This document shows positions 10,933-20,046 of a DNA stretch of 64,000 nt, piece after piece (within the stretch, counting starts at the first letter, position 1; each line of letters begins with the position of its first letter). Location: NCBI GenBank assembly GCA_964435855.1, contig CAYTAU010000006.1, positions 2,622-66,621 on the forward strand, read 5' to 3'. This DNA comes from an uncultured Bacteroidales bacterium (GTDB lineage: Bacteria; Bacteroidota; Bacteroidia; Bacteroidales; CAYTAU01). The notes beneath the pieces were generated by a model, which was not told the origin of the DNA, searched no databases, and saw only the letters and a program-made list of their open reading frames with translations. The translations under genes were made by a program, and so were the position numbers.

Positions 10933-10946
10933 TTGACCATTATCAA
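10933..10946. promoter_or_regulatory. CRP/FNR-type box candidate upstream of the GRE gene
   Basis: TTGAC-cattATCAA matches the TTGAT-N4-ATCAA consensus at 9 of 10 positions. It is centred about 67 nt upstream of the ATG at 11007. Confidence 0.3.
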
Positions 10947-11006
10947 TCCCGGGTACTCGGGATAAAAAATTAACTGATAGATATATAAATTTAAATTTAA
11001 TATTTT

Positions 11007-13451
11007 ATGGAAGAAATTATTACTGAAGAAAAGATTGATGCGCAACAATATGAAATTGGCGTTACACAACGTACCAAACAATTAAAAAAAGACCTTATAA
11101 CAAAGGCTTGTTATGTTGGCAAATATGCTGATGGTATTTTTGTTGATGTTATCAGAGCAAAGTTGTATATGGAAAGTTATAAAGCAACCGAAGCAGATGC
11201 TCCTGTAATGAAAAGGGCAAAGGCATTAAAATATGTTTTGGGCAACCTGCCTATATCAATACTTAATAATGAAATTATTGTGGGGAATCCACATGCTGAC
11301 CCTCATGCACTTCCGATTTTTCCTGAGATAAATACAGGACTTCTAACCGAAGCTATTGACGATGGCTATGTAAGAAAGGAAGACCTGGATGATGCTAATA
11401 AATTATTAGAATACTGGGATGGAAAAACTATTGCCAGTAAAGTAGCAGAAAACATGAGCGACTGGATTAAAGATGTGGTAAATACATCCTCTTCTTTTAT
11501 CAGCACCACATGGAAAGACGGAATTCAACATTGTGTTCCAAACTGGGATTACTTGTTTGAAAATGGCACTACTGAACTTAAAAAGAAAATTCAGACAAAA
11601 TTAGATGAGGTTTTCAATGAAATTGACAGAGGTAATTCAACAAAACTATCAGAGCTTATTGAAAAACGTTACCAATATCAGGCAATGATTATTTCCCTTG
11701 AAGCTGTAGAATTATTTACAGGCAGATATGAGAAATTAGCCATTGAAATGGCAGAAAAGGAATCTGACAGTAAAAGGGCACAGGAATTATGCGATATGGC
11801 AACTATGTTGTCGAAAGTATTAAAAGAGAGACCATCAAGCCTGTATGAAGCATGTCAGTCGTTTTTCTTTTTGCACCTTATTTTAAATTGTATTGATAGC
11901 GCTGCTTTTGGCTCACTTGTACGTATAGACCAGATATTTTGGACAACATATAAGAAAAATGTTATTGACGAAAAAACAATTACCCAAAAGGATGCTCAGG
12001 AAATAATAGAGACTCTTATATTAAAGATTCAGGTACTGGGAGGTTTTTTCTCAAGAAAACGCAGACTTCATTTTGAAGGTAACGGAGCATTGCCAATCTG
12101 GAGCATTGGTGGTGTAAAGCCTGATGGAACTGATGCATGTAACGAAATGACCGATACTATTTTGATGGCAGCTCGCAGCATACGTTGCAATCAACCTACT
12201 ATTTCAATTATGTATCATAAAAATATGCGTGACTCTTCACTTACCGAAGCAATAAAAACAATTCGTGATGGATTAGGTTATCCGTCAATAACCAATACAG
12301 ATTGGATGATTCGCAGCCTGCAAAGACAGGGAATTGCAAAAGAGATTGCAAGAAATTCTGGCGTTGTAGGATGTGTTTCTGTTTGTCCTGTTGATTCGTG
12401 CAACACAACCAAAAGACTCGCTTTAACCATCATTGCTGTAAAAGCATTGGAACTTGCCTTGAATGAAGGGAAATGTCTTGTTTCCGGAAAATTGATGGGA
12501 CCTGAAGAAATTAAGGCAGATAAATTTACTACTTACGAAGAGGTGGTCGCTGCATTTGAAAAACAGTTGAAATTTTCCATCCGTACTGCTGTTAATGTAC
12601 GAAATCTTTCCAGACATTATGAAAAAACTTACAGACCAAATCCATTGGCTTCTGCTTTACATCGTTCACCACTTATAACAGGTATTGACGCAGTAAGCTA
12701 TGAAGATGAGCCAAATAATTACTGGTTGAATATGGTAGGTATGATAAACATAGTTAACTCATTAGCCGTAATAAAGAAACTTGTTTTTGAAGACAAGAAA
12801 TATAGCATGGAAAACTTTATTACTGCCATGCGTACTAATTGGGAAGGTCTTGAAGTAATGAGACAAGAAGTTATTAATAAAGTTTCAAAATTTGGTAACG
12901 ATGACCCTTATACCAATGAGATTGCAGAAGAAGTGTTCAGGATTTCTTCAAAAGTGGCTGAAGGTACTTATGATATAAATGGCGGTTATTGGTCAATATT
13001 AGCACAAAGCGTTTCGATTTATCAGGCAACTGCTGCTATGACAGGAGCTATGCCTGACGGGAAATTGTCGGGTAAACCTGTTGCTGATGGTGGTATTTCT
13101 CCCGATCATGGAACAGATAATAATGGAATTTTTTCTGTTCTTAACTCTGCCGGAAAAATCGACCATGATATTACTAAGGGATTACTTTTAAATCAATGGA
13201 TATCACCGGAAATGCTTGCAGGTGAAGAAGGAATAGAATGGATGAAGTCCATCCTTGAATTATGGCATGAGAATAATCTTTCTCAGTTACAGGTAAATGT
13301 TGTTGACCCAGAAGTTCTGAGAGATGCTCAGAAATATCCCGAAAAATATCCTCATTTAACTATCAGAATTTCAGGATATACTGCCAACTGGGTGAAACTA
13401 ACCCCTGAACTGCAGGAAATGATACTTGAAAGAACCTGTCAAAACAAATAG
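11007..13451 (+). CDS. glycyl radical enzyme (PFL2/dehydratase-like family), substrate unknown
   Basis: 814 aa. The glycyl-radical fingerprint TIRISGYTA lies 24 aa from the C-terminus. The N-terminal region is GRE-like (..ESYKATE..MKRAKALKYVL..EIIVGN). The putative thiyl loop is VVGCVSVCP (Cys456). Confidence 0.85.
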   Translation: MEEIITEEKIDAQQYEIGVTQRTKQLKKDLITKACYVGKYADGIFVDVIRAKLYMESYKATEADAPVMKRAKALKYVLGNLPISILNNEIIVGNPHADPHALPIFPEINTGLLTEAIDDGYVRKEDLDDANKLLEYWDGKTIASKVAENMSDWIKDVVNTSSSFISTTWKDGIQHCVPNWDYLFENGTTELKKKIQTKLDEVFNEIDRGNSTKLSELIEKRYQYQAMIISLEAVELFTGRYEKLAIEMAEKESDSKRAQELCDMATMLSKVLKERPSSLYEACQSFFFLHLILNCIDSAAFGSLVRIDQIFWTTYKKNVIDEKTITQKDAQEIIETLILKIQVLGGFFSRKRRLHFEGNGALPIWSIGGVKPDGTDACNEMTDTILMAARSIRCNQPTISIMYHKNMRDSSLTEAIKTIRDGLGYPSITNTDWMIRSLQRQGIAKEIARNSGVVGCVSVCPVDSCNTTKRLALTIIAVKALELALNEGKCLVSGKLMGPEEIKADKFTTYEEVVAAFEKQLKFSIRTAVNVRNLSRHYEKTYRPNPLASALHRSPLITGIDAVSYEDEPNNYWLNMVGMINIVNSLAVIKKLVFEDKKYSMENFITAMRTNWEGLEVMRQEVINKVSKFGNDDPYTNEIAEEVFRISSKVAEGTYDINGGYWSILAQSVSIYQATAAMTGAMPDGKLSGKPVADGGISPDHGTDNNGIFSVLNSAGKIDHDITKGLLLNQWISPEMLAGEEGIEWMKSILELWHENNLSQLQVNVVDPEVLRDAQKYPEKYPHLTIRISGYTANWVKLTPELQEMILERTCQNK

Positions 13452-13454
13452 TTC

Positions 13455-14366
13455 ATGGAAAAATGTTTAATTACTAGAATCGTCAGAGATTCTATACTTG
13501 ATGGCCCCGGATGCAGATATACCATATTTGTAAAAGGTTGCCATTTGCGGTGTGAGTGGTGTCATAACCCCGAAACACAATCGCTTAAACAAGAAATATT
13601 ACGATATCCTAAATTCTGTATTAAATGTGGAAATTGTGTTAAAGCAATTGGAGGCAACCCTGAAAAGGATGTTATGCCGATAATAATTGATAATACCAAA
13701 GCAGAAATGTATTATTCCTGCGTTGATAATTGTCCTACAAATGCCCTTGAATATGCGGGGAAAGAATTCTCTGTTTCACAACTTCTTGACGATATGCAAA
13801 AATACCGTACTGTTTACAATCGTACAAAAGGTGGGCTAACCATTTCAGGAGGAGAACCATTGCTTCATGAAAATTTTTCCTACAATCTGTTTGCCAAAGC
13901 AAAATCTGCGGGCTTTCATACTGCCGTAGATACCACTGCAGCATTTGAATGGGAATTGCTTGAGAAATTTTTGCCTGTAATTGATTTATGGATGATTGAC
14001 ATAAAACACTTGTATGACAGTAAACTTAAATCTGTTTTAGTTTTAGAGAACCTGTTAAAGCTTTCTTCTATTAAGGATATCAATATATGGATTAGAGTGC
14101 CTTTGATACCTGGTTATAATGATTTGGATAACTTATTAAAAGAAATGGCAGAAGTGATTAAAAAGGCAGGAAAAGCAATAAAACAGGTTTCCATTCTTCC
14201 GTTTCATCCATTGGGAGATGCAAAATACAATGCTTTATGTAGAAATTATCAATTTGCAAAACACGATGAGCTAAATACGGAAATATTAAACAAAACACGT
14301 AATAAATTTGCTGAAATACTTAAACCTGTTGAAGTAATAACAGGAATACGAATGATACACGGTTAA
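13455..14366 (+). CDS. glycyl-radical enzyme activating protein (radical SAM)
   Basis: CX3CX2C motif (CHLRCEWC), a ferredoxin-like insert (CIKCGNC...CVDNCP) and a GGEPLL motif. It starts 3 nt after the GRE stop. Confidence 0.85.
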   Translation: MEKCLITRIVRDSILDGPGCRYTIFVKGCHLRCEWCHNPETQSLKQEILRYPKFCIKCGNCVKAIGGNPEKDVMPIIIDNTKAEMYYSCVDNCPTNALEYAGKEFSVSQLLDDMQKYRTVYNRTKGGLTISGGEPLLHENFSYNLFAKAKSAGFHTAVDTTAAFEWELLEKFLPVIDLWMIDIKHLYDSKLKSVLVLENLLKLSSIKDINIWIRVPLIPGYNDLDNLLKEMAEVIKKAGKAIKQVSILPFHPLGDAKYNALCRNYQFAKHDELNTEILNKTRNKFAEILKPVEVITGIRMIHG

Positions 14367-14483
14367 TGAATATTTTAAAACAATAATAAAATGTAACAAC
14401 CATGATTGGTTTCAAACACACAAACTGATGGTTCGTATAACTTTTTATAAACATTCGCGCATTCGCTGCTAAAATAAAAATAG

Positions 14484-15761
14484 ATGAAAAAAGAAGAATT
14501 AATTTATGACTGGAACGTTCAGGGTATCTTTCCGGAAAAGCCAAAAAAAATAATTGAATTCGACGATGAAACTTTACGCGATGGCATTCAAAGTCCAACT
14601 ATTAAGGAACCGTCAATAGCAGATAAAGTGAAAATCCTTAATCTGATGGAAGAGATTGGCATTAACTCTGCTGACCTTGGTTTACCCGGTGCCGGCATCA
14701 ATGTTGTTAACGATGTTACCGTTCTTGCAAAGGAAATTGTTGACAACAAACTAAATATCACAGGTAGTTGTGCAGCAAGAACTATTAAAGATGATATTGT
14801 CCCGATAATTGATATCTCCCAAAAAACAGGACTCCCCTTGTGTGTAGATATGTTCATTGGTTCAAGCACAATCAGAAGATATGCAGAAGATTGGTCTATT
14901 GAGAGAATGTTAGCTAACACTAAAGGTGCAGTTGATTTTGCGATAAAAGAAGGTTTACCTGTAATGTATGTTACAGAAGATACAACAAGAGCACACCCTG
15001 AAACACTTAGTATTTTGTACAAAACAGCTATTGAGCATGGTGCAAAACGAATATGTGTATGTGATACAGTAGGACATGCAACTCCATACGGTATATGTAA
15101 TCTGATTAAATTTGTACAAGAAATTGTGAAAGAAACAGGTGTTGAAAATATAAAAATTGATTTTCATGGTCATAGAGACAGGGGTTTGTCATTAGCAAAT
15201 ACTATTGCAGCTATAATTGCCGGTGTTGACAGGGTACATGGTTGCGGACTGGGAATTGGTGAACGATGTGGAAACACACCAATGGATCAGCTTCTTGTAA
15301 ACTTACAATTAATGGGATGGATTGAAAAAGATTTAACAAAAATTACTCCGTATTGCAAGGTTGTTTCTGAAGCTTGTGATATTCCAATGCCATATAATTA
15401 CCCTATTTTTGGTGAAGATGCTTTCAGAACAGCAACTGGCGTTCATGCAACAGCAGTTATTAAAGCAATGAAAAAGGAAGGGGAAGCATGGTTAGCCGAT
15501 GCAGTTTATTCAGGTGTTCCTGCCAGCATGATTGGTAAAAAACAATTGATAGAGGTTGGTCCTATGAGCGGAAAATCAAATATCATATTCTGGCTGGAGC
15601 AAAGAAACATAAAAGCTGAAGAAGAGCTTATTAAAGCTATCTTTGATCATGCAAAGAAATCGAAAAAGATATTGAAGAATGAGAAGATTACCGAGATAGT
15701 AAATAATCATAATACAAATGATATAAAAAGCGAATGTTTGAAAAATCTTTCTGAAAATTAA
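14484..15761 (+). CDS. LeuA/homocitrate-synthase-like DRE-TIM metallolyase (catalytic domain only)
   Basis: DETLRDGIQ, HGHRDRGLSLAN and GIGERCGN motifs, resembling type-II 2-isopropylmalate synthase cores. At 425 aa it has no LeuA regulatory C-terminal domain. Confidence 0.7.
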   Translation: MKKEELIYDWNVQGIFPEKPKKIIEFDDETLRDGIQSPTIKEPSIADKVKILNLMEEIGINSADLGLPGAGINVVNDVTVLAKEIVDNKLNITGSCAARTIKDDIVPIIDISQKTGLPLCVDMFIGSSTIRRYAEDWSIERMLANTKGAVDFAIKEGLPVMYVTEDTTRAHPETLSILYKTAIEHGAKRICVCDTVGHATPYGICNLIKFVQEIVKETGVENIKIDFHGHRDRGLSLANTIAAIIAGVDRVHGCGLGIGERCGNTPMDQLLVNLQLMGWIEKDLTKITPYCKVVSEACDIPMPYNYPIFGEDAFRTATGVHATAVIKAMKKEGEAWLADAVYSGVPASMIGKKQLIEVGPMSGKSNIIFWLEQRNIKAEEELIKAIFDHAKKSKKILKNEKITEIVNNHNTNDIKSECLKNLSEN

Positions 15762-15869
15762 TTGCCTTTGGTAACATTGGTAAGAGTCATCCGATGACTA
15801 TATTGCTGGTTTTATTTTGCAAATTAGCTTTTAATTAGTATTTTTATGGAAAATATAAAATAATAAACC

Positions 15870-17201
15870 ATGAAAAACCTCATACTACTATCAGCAACAC
15901 TATTATTAATGCTATTTGCCAATGCACAAATAGTAAATATACCGGATGCAAATTTTAAATATAGATTGGTTAATCACATTCCTGTTATTGATACCAATGG
16001 TGATGGAGAAATTCAGGTAAGTGAGGCAGTTAATTTTACTGATTCTATAGATGTTGGAGATGGAAATATTTCTGACCTTATAGGAATAGAAGCTTTTACT
16101 CAAATTACTGGCTTGTATTGTTGGATTAATCAATTAACAAGCATAGATGTAAGTAACAATACTGCCCTTAAAGTATTACGGTGCGGTGAAAATCAATTAA
16201 TCAATATAGATATAAGCAATAATACTGATCTCATTGAGTTAGGGTGTGGTGACAATTTATCAAGCCTAGATATTAGCAACAATACTGCTCTTGAATCGTT
16301 ATGGTGTGGTGGAAATCAATTAACTACTTTGGATGTAAGCAATAATCCTTCTCTTAAATATTTACACTGTTCATACAATCCCTTAGGCAATATCAACGTA
16401 AGCAATAATACTGCTCTCATTCAGTTATATTGCGATTCTAACCTATTAACAACATTGGATATAAGCAATAATATCAATCTTACAAATTTAAGTTGTAATA
16501 AAAACCAACTATCGGTTCTTAACGTAAACAATAATACAAATCTTGAATATTTAGCATGTATATCAAATCAATTAACAAATATTGATTTTAGTAATAATGA
16601 TTCTCTCGAAACCCTGGTTTGCTCATACAATCCATTAACAACATTGGATTTAAGTTATAATAATAAACTTAGAGTAATAGCTTGTCTTTATACACAATTA
16701 CCATTAATAAATTTAAGTAATAATCCAAACCTTTATGAAGTACATCTTTACTATAATCCATTATTAAGCAGTTTAAGTATAAAAAACGGAACTAACACAA
16801 CAAATCTTGGTTTATTTATAGCCAATCATAATCCTAATTTAACCTGTATTGAAGTTGATGATTCCACATGGTCAACAGCAAACTGGACGGATATAGACCC
16901 TCAATCTTATTTTAGTGAAATTTGTATGGTAAGCACCCCAAACCAATTAAAAACACAAGAACTAAAGATAGCCCCCAACCCATTTAAAGAAAAGCTTAGT
17001 GTTTTATTGCCTGATAATACCAATGCAGATAATATTGAAATTGTACTCTACAATGTTTTAGGTAAGCAAATTAAAGTTTCAACAGAGAAAGCTAATAATG
17101 AGATTATAATTAATGGAGCTAATCTACATTCTGGGATTTACTTTGTTGAGTTAAGAGAGCAAAACAGATTAATTGGTAATGCAAAACTTATAAAACAATA
17201 A
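15870..17201 (+). CDS. leucine-rich-repeat protein with T9SS type-A C-terminal sorting domain (paralogue 1)
   Basis: Signal peptide MKNLILLSATLLLMLFANAQ, about 11 repeats of about 21-23 aa (L..L.C..NQL..LDVSNNT) and a CTD (APNPFKEKLSV...GIYFVELRE). Confidence 0.8.
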   Translation: MKNLILLSATLLLMLFANAQIVNIPDANFKYRLVNHIPVIDTNGDGEIQVSEAVNFTDSIDVGDGNISDLIGIEAFTQITGLYCWINQLTSIDVSNNTALKVLRCGENQLINIDISNNTDLIELGCGDNLSSLDISNNTALESLWCGGNQLTTLDVSNNPSLKYLHCSYNPLGNINVSNNTALIQLYCDSNLLTTLDISNNINLTNLSCNKNQLSVLNVNNNTNLEYLACISNQLTNIDFSNNDSLETLVCSYNPLTTLDLSYNNKLRVIACLYTQLPLINLSNNPNLYEVHLYYNPLLSSLSIKNGTNTTNLGLFIANHNPNLTCIEVDDSTWSTANWTDIDPQSYFSEICMVSTPNQLKTQELKIAPNPFKEKLSVLLPDNTNADNIEIVLYNVLGKQIKVSTEKANNEIIINGANLHSGIYFVELREQNRLIGNAKLIKQ

Positions 17202-17204
17202 ACT

Positions 17205-18290
17205 ATGAAAAACTTTATACTACTATCAGCAACATTATTATTAATGCTATTTGCCAATGCACAAATAGTAAATATACCTGATGCTAACTTTAAGGCAGCA
17301 TTAGTTAATCATAGTCCTGTAATTGATACTAGTGGAGATGGTGAAATTCAAATAGCAGAAGCACAAGCTACTTTGTTAATGTATCTTTCTTACAAGAACA
17401 TATCAGATTTAACTGGAATAGAGGCTTTCACCTCTCTTGATTATTTACAATGTGATGAAAATTCATTAGCTACATTAGATATAAGCAACAATACTGTTCT
17501 TACTAACTTAAATTGCGACAATAATCAATTAAGCTCATTAGATGTCAGCAACAACACAGCTCTCACTCGATTATATTGTGAAAATAATCAGTTAAGCTCT
17601 TTAGATGTTGGCAGTAATATTGCTCTTACTCATTTATGGTGTGGTGGAAATTCATTAACTACATTAGATGTTAGTAATAATACTGCTCTTACAGAATTAG
17701 ATTGTTGGGACAATAATTTAACAACAATAGATATAAGTAATAACAGTGTGCTAGAGAGACTTTGTTGTTGGGATAATCAATTAAGCACATTAGATGTTAG
17801 CAATAATACTGCTCTAACATCGCTGTTTTGTGAGAATAATCACTTAATCTCCTTAAATGTAAGAAATGGGAATAATGTTAATTTTATTGGATTTTATTCA
17901 TATGATAATCCAAACCTATATTGCATAGAGGTAGATGATTCTACATGGTCTACAGCCAACTGGACAAGTATTGATTCTTGGGCTTCTTTTAGTAATGATT
18001 GTAGTAATTTTGTTGGCACCCCAAACCAATTAAAAACACAAGAACTAAAGTTAGCACCCAACCCATTTAATGAAAAGCTTAGTGTATTGTTGCCTGATAA
18101 TACAAATGCAGATAATATTGAAATTGCACTTTACAATGTTTTAGGTAAGCAAATTAAAGTTTCAACAGAGAAAGCTAATAATGAGATTATAATTAATGGA
18201 GCTAATCTACATTCTGGGATTTACTTTGTTGAGTTAAGAGAGGGAAATAGATTAATTGGAAAGATTAAAATTGTTAAAGAATTATATTAA
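17205..18290 (+). CDS. leucine-rich-repeat protein with T9SS type-A CTD (paralogue 2)
   Basis: Its signal peptide and CTD are nearly identical to paralogue 1. It has about 7 LRR units and starts 3 nt after the preceding stop. Confidence 0.8.
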   Translation: MKNFILLSATLLLMLFANAQIVNIPDANFKAALVNHSPVIDTSGDGEIQIAEAQATLLMYLSYKNISDLTGIEAFTSLDYLQCDENSLATLDISNNTVLTNLNCDNNQLSSLDVSNNTALTRLYCENNQLSSLDVGSNIALTHLWCGGNSLTTLDVSNNTALTELDCWDNNLTTIDISNNSVLERLCCWDNQLSTLDVSNNTALTSLFCENNHLISLNVRNGNNVNFIGFYSYDNPNLYCIEVDDSTWSTANWTSIDSWASFSNDCSNFVGTPNQLKTQELKLAPNPFNEKLSVLLPDNTNADNIEIALYNVLGKQIKVSTEKANNEIIINGANLHSGIYFVELREGNRLIGKIKIVKELY

Positions 18291-18305
18291 TTTAAATTAT
18301 TTATT

Positions 18306-18506
18306 ATGAGAAAAATATGTTTTGCAATAGTTGTATTGGCGGTATGTACTGCTCTGTTATCATCTTGTAAAAAATGTCAAGAATGTACTATAACTTTTTT
18401 TGGTGTGGAAATAAGTGAGGAAGTATGTAAAGATGATTTTGATTCGAATGCTGATTATAGAGATGCAATTAAGGAAATTGAAGATGCTGGTGGCAAATGT
18501 AAATAA
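18306..18506 (+). CDS. small Cys-rich putative lipoprotein
   Basis: 66 aa with a signal peptide and LSSC lipobox. The mature part has 4 further Cys (CKKCQEC...C...C). It lies between LRR paralogues and I recognise no homology. Confidence 0.4.
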   Translation: MRKICFAIVVLAVCTALLSSCKKCQECTITFFGVEISEEVCKDDFDSNADYRDAIKEIEDAGGKCK

Positions 18507-18579
18507 TTATTACAGAGTATAAATATCACTCTTGGATGCAGTTTCTAATACAGTTTAAAAATTGTTAAAGAATAAAAGC

Positions 18580-20043
18580 ATGAAAAACCTTATACTACTA
18601 TTAGCAGTAATATTATTAATGCTATTTGCCAATGCACAAATAGTGAATATACCTGATGCTAACTTTAAAGCGGCATTAGTTAATCATTATTACCCAGATA
18701 CAATTGACACTAATGGAGATGGGGAAATACAAGTTAGTGAAGCATTGGCTACAGATACAATTGAAGTTCCTTATCAAAATATTTCTGACTTAACAGGGAT
18801 TGAAGCCTTTACTGCACTAACTTATTTAAATTGCGAGAATAATCAATTAAGCTCATTAGATATCAGCAATAATACTGCTTTAACTTCTTTATGGTGCGGT
18901 AATAATCAATTAAGCAGTTTAGATGTCAGTAATAATACTGCTCTTGAAGATTTAGATTGCTATAATAATCAATTAAGCAGTTTAGATGTCAGTAATAATT
19001 CTGTTCTAACTTATTTAGCTTGCTCTTATAATCAATTAAGCAGTTTGGATGTCAGTAATAATACTGCTCTAACTTATTTACGTTGCTATGATAATCAATT
19101 AAGCAGTTTAGATGTTAGTAATAATACTTCTCTAACTTATTTATATTGCTTTTATAATCAATTAAGTAGTTTAGATGTCAGTAATAATGATGATCTAATT
19201 AATTTACACTGCTATAATAATCAATTAAGTAGTTTAGATGTCAGTAATAATATTGCTCTTACTGTACTATACTGCTATAATAATCAAATAAGCAGTTTAG
19301 ATGTCAGTAATAATATTGCTCTTGAAGGTTTAGCTTGCTATTCAAATCAATTAAGCACTTTAGATGTCAGTAATAATATTGCTCTTGAAGGTTTAGCTTG
19401 CAATTATAATCAATTAACTTCTTTGGATGTCAGTAATAATACTGCACTTACTGGTTTAGGTTGCGATAATAATCAATTAAGCTCTTTAGATGTCAGCAAT
19501 AATACTGTGCTTGAAGGTTTAGATTGCTATAATAATCAATTAAGTAGTTTAGATGTCAGTAATAATACTGCACTAACTGATTTATATTGCTTTGGTAATC
19601 AATTAAGCAGTTTAAATGTTAAAAATGGGAATAATACGGCTATAACAGATTTTTATTTTAAAGTTTTTAATAATCCAAATTTATATTGTATAGAAGTAGA
19701 CGATTCTGCTTATTCAGCAAATAACTGGTTTAACATTGACCCTCAATCATATTTTAGTAATGATTGTCCTACAAGTATCCCAAACCAATTAAAAACACAA
19801 GAACTAAAGATAGCACCAAACCCATTCAAAGAAAAGCTTAGTGTATTATTACCTGATAACACAAATGCAGATAATATTGAAATTGCACTTTACAATGTTT
19901 TAGGTAAGCAAATTAAAGCTTCAACAGAGAAAGCTAATAATGAGATTATAATTAATGGAGCAAATCTAAAGCCCGGGATATACTTTGTTGAGTTAAGAGA
20001 TAAATACAAATTAATTGGTAATGCTAAAATTGTTAAAGAATAA
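18580..20043 (+). CDS. leucine-rich-repeat protein with T9SS type-A CTD (paralogue 3)
   Basis: Same signal peptide and CTD as paralogues 1 and 2, with 13 near-identical 21-aa units. Start taken at the ATG of MKNLILLLAV. Confidence 0.8.
   Translation: MKNLILLLAVILLMLFANAQIVNIPDANFKAALVNHYYPDTIDTNGDGEIQVSEALATDTIEVPYQNISDLTGIEAFTALTYLNCENNQLSSLDISNNTALTSLWCGNNQLSSLDVSNNTALEDLDCYNNQLSSLDVSNNSVLTYLACSYNQLSSLDVSNNTALTYLRCYDNQLSSLDVSNNTSLTYLYCFYNQLSSLDVSNNDDLINLHCYNNQLSSLDVSNNIALTVLYCYNNQISSLDVSNNIALEGLACYSNQLSTLDVSNNIALEGLACNYNQLTSLDVSNNTALTGLGCDNNQLSSLDVSNNTVLEGLDCYNNQLSSLDVSNNTALTDLYCFGNQLSSLNVKNGNNTAITDFYFKVFNNPNLYCIEVDDSAYSANNWFNIDPQSYFSNDCPTSIPNQLKTQELKIAPNPFKEKLSVLLPDNTNADNIEIALYNVLGKQIKASTEKANNEIIINGANLKPGIYFVELRDKYKLIGNAKIVKE
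18841..19620 (+). repeat. tandem 63-bp (21-aa) LRR coding repeats, about 13 units
   Basis: aatcaattaagc..ttagatgtcagtaataatactgctct.. recurs every 63 bp with high nucleotide identity. Confidence 0.85.
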
Positions 20044-20046
20044 ATT

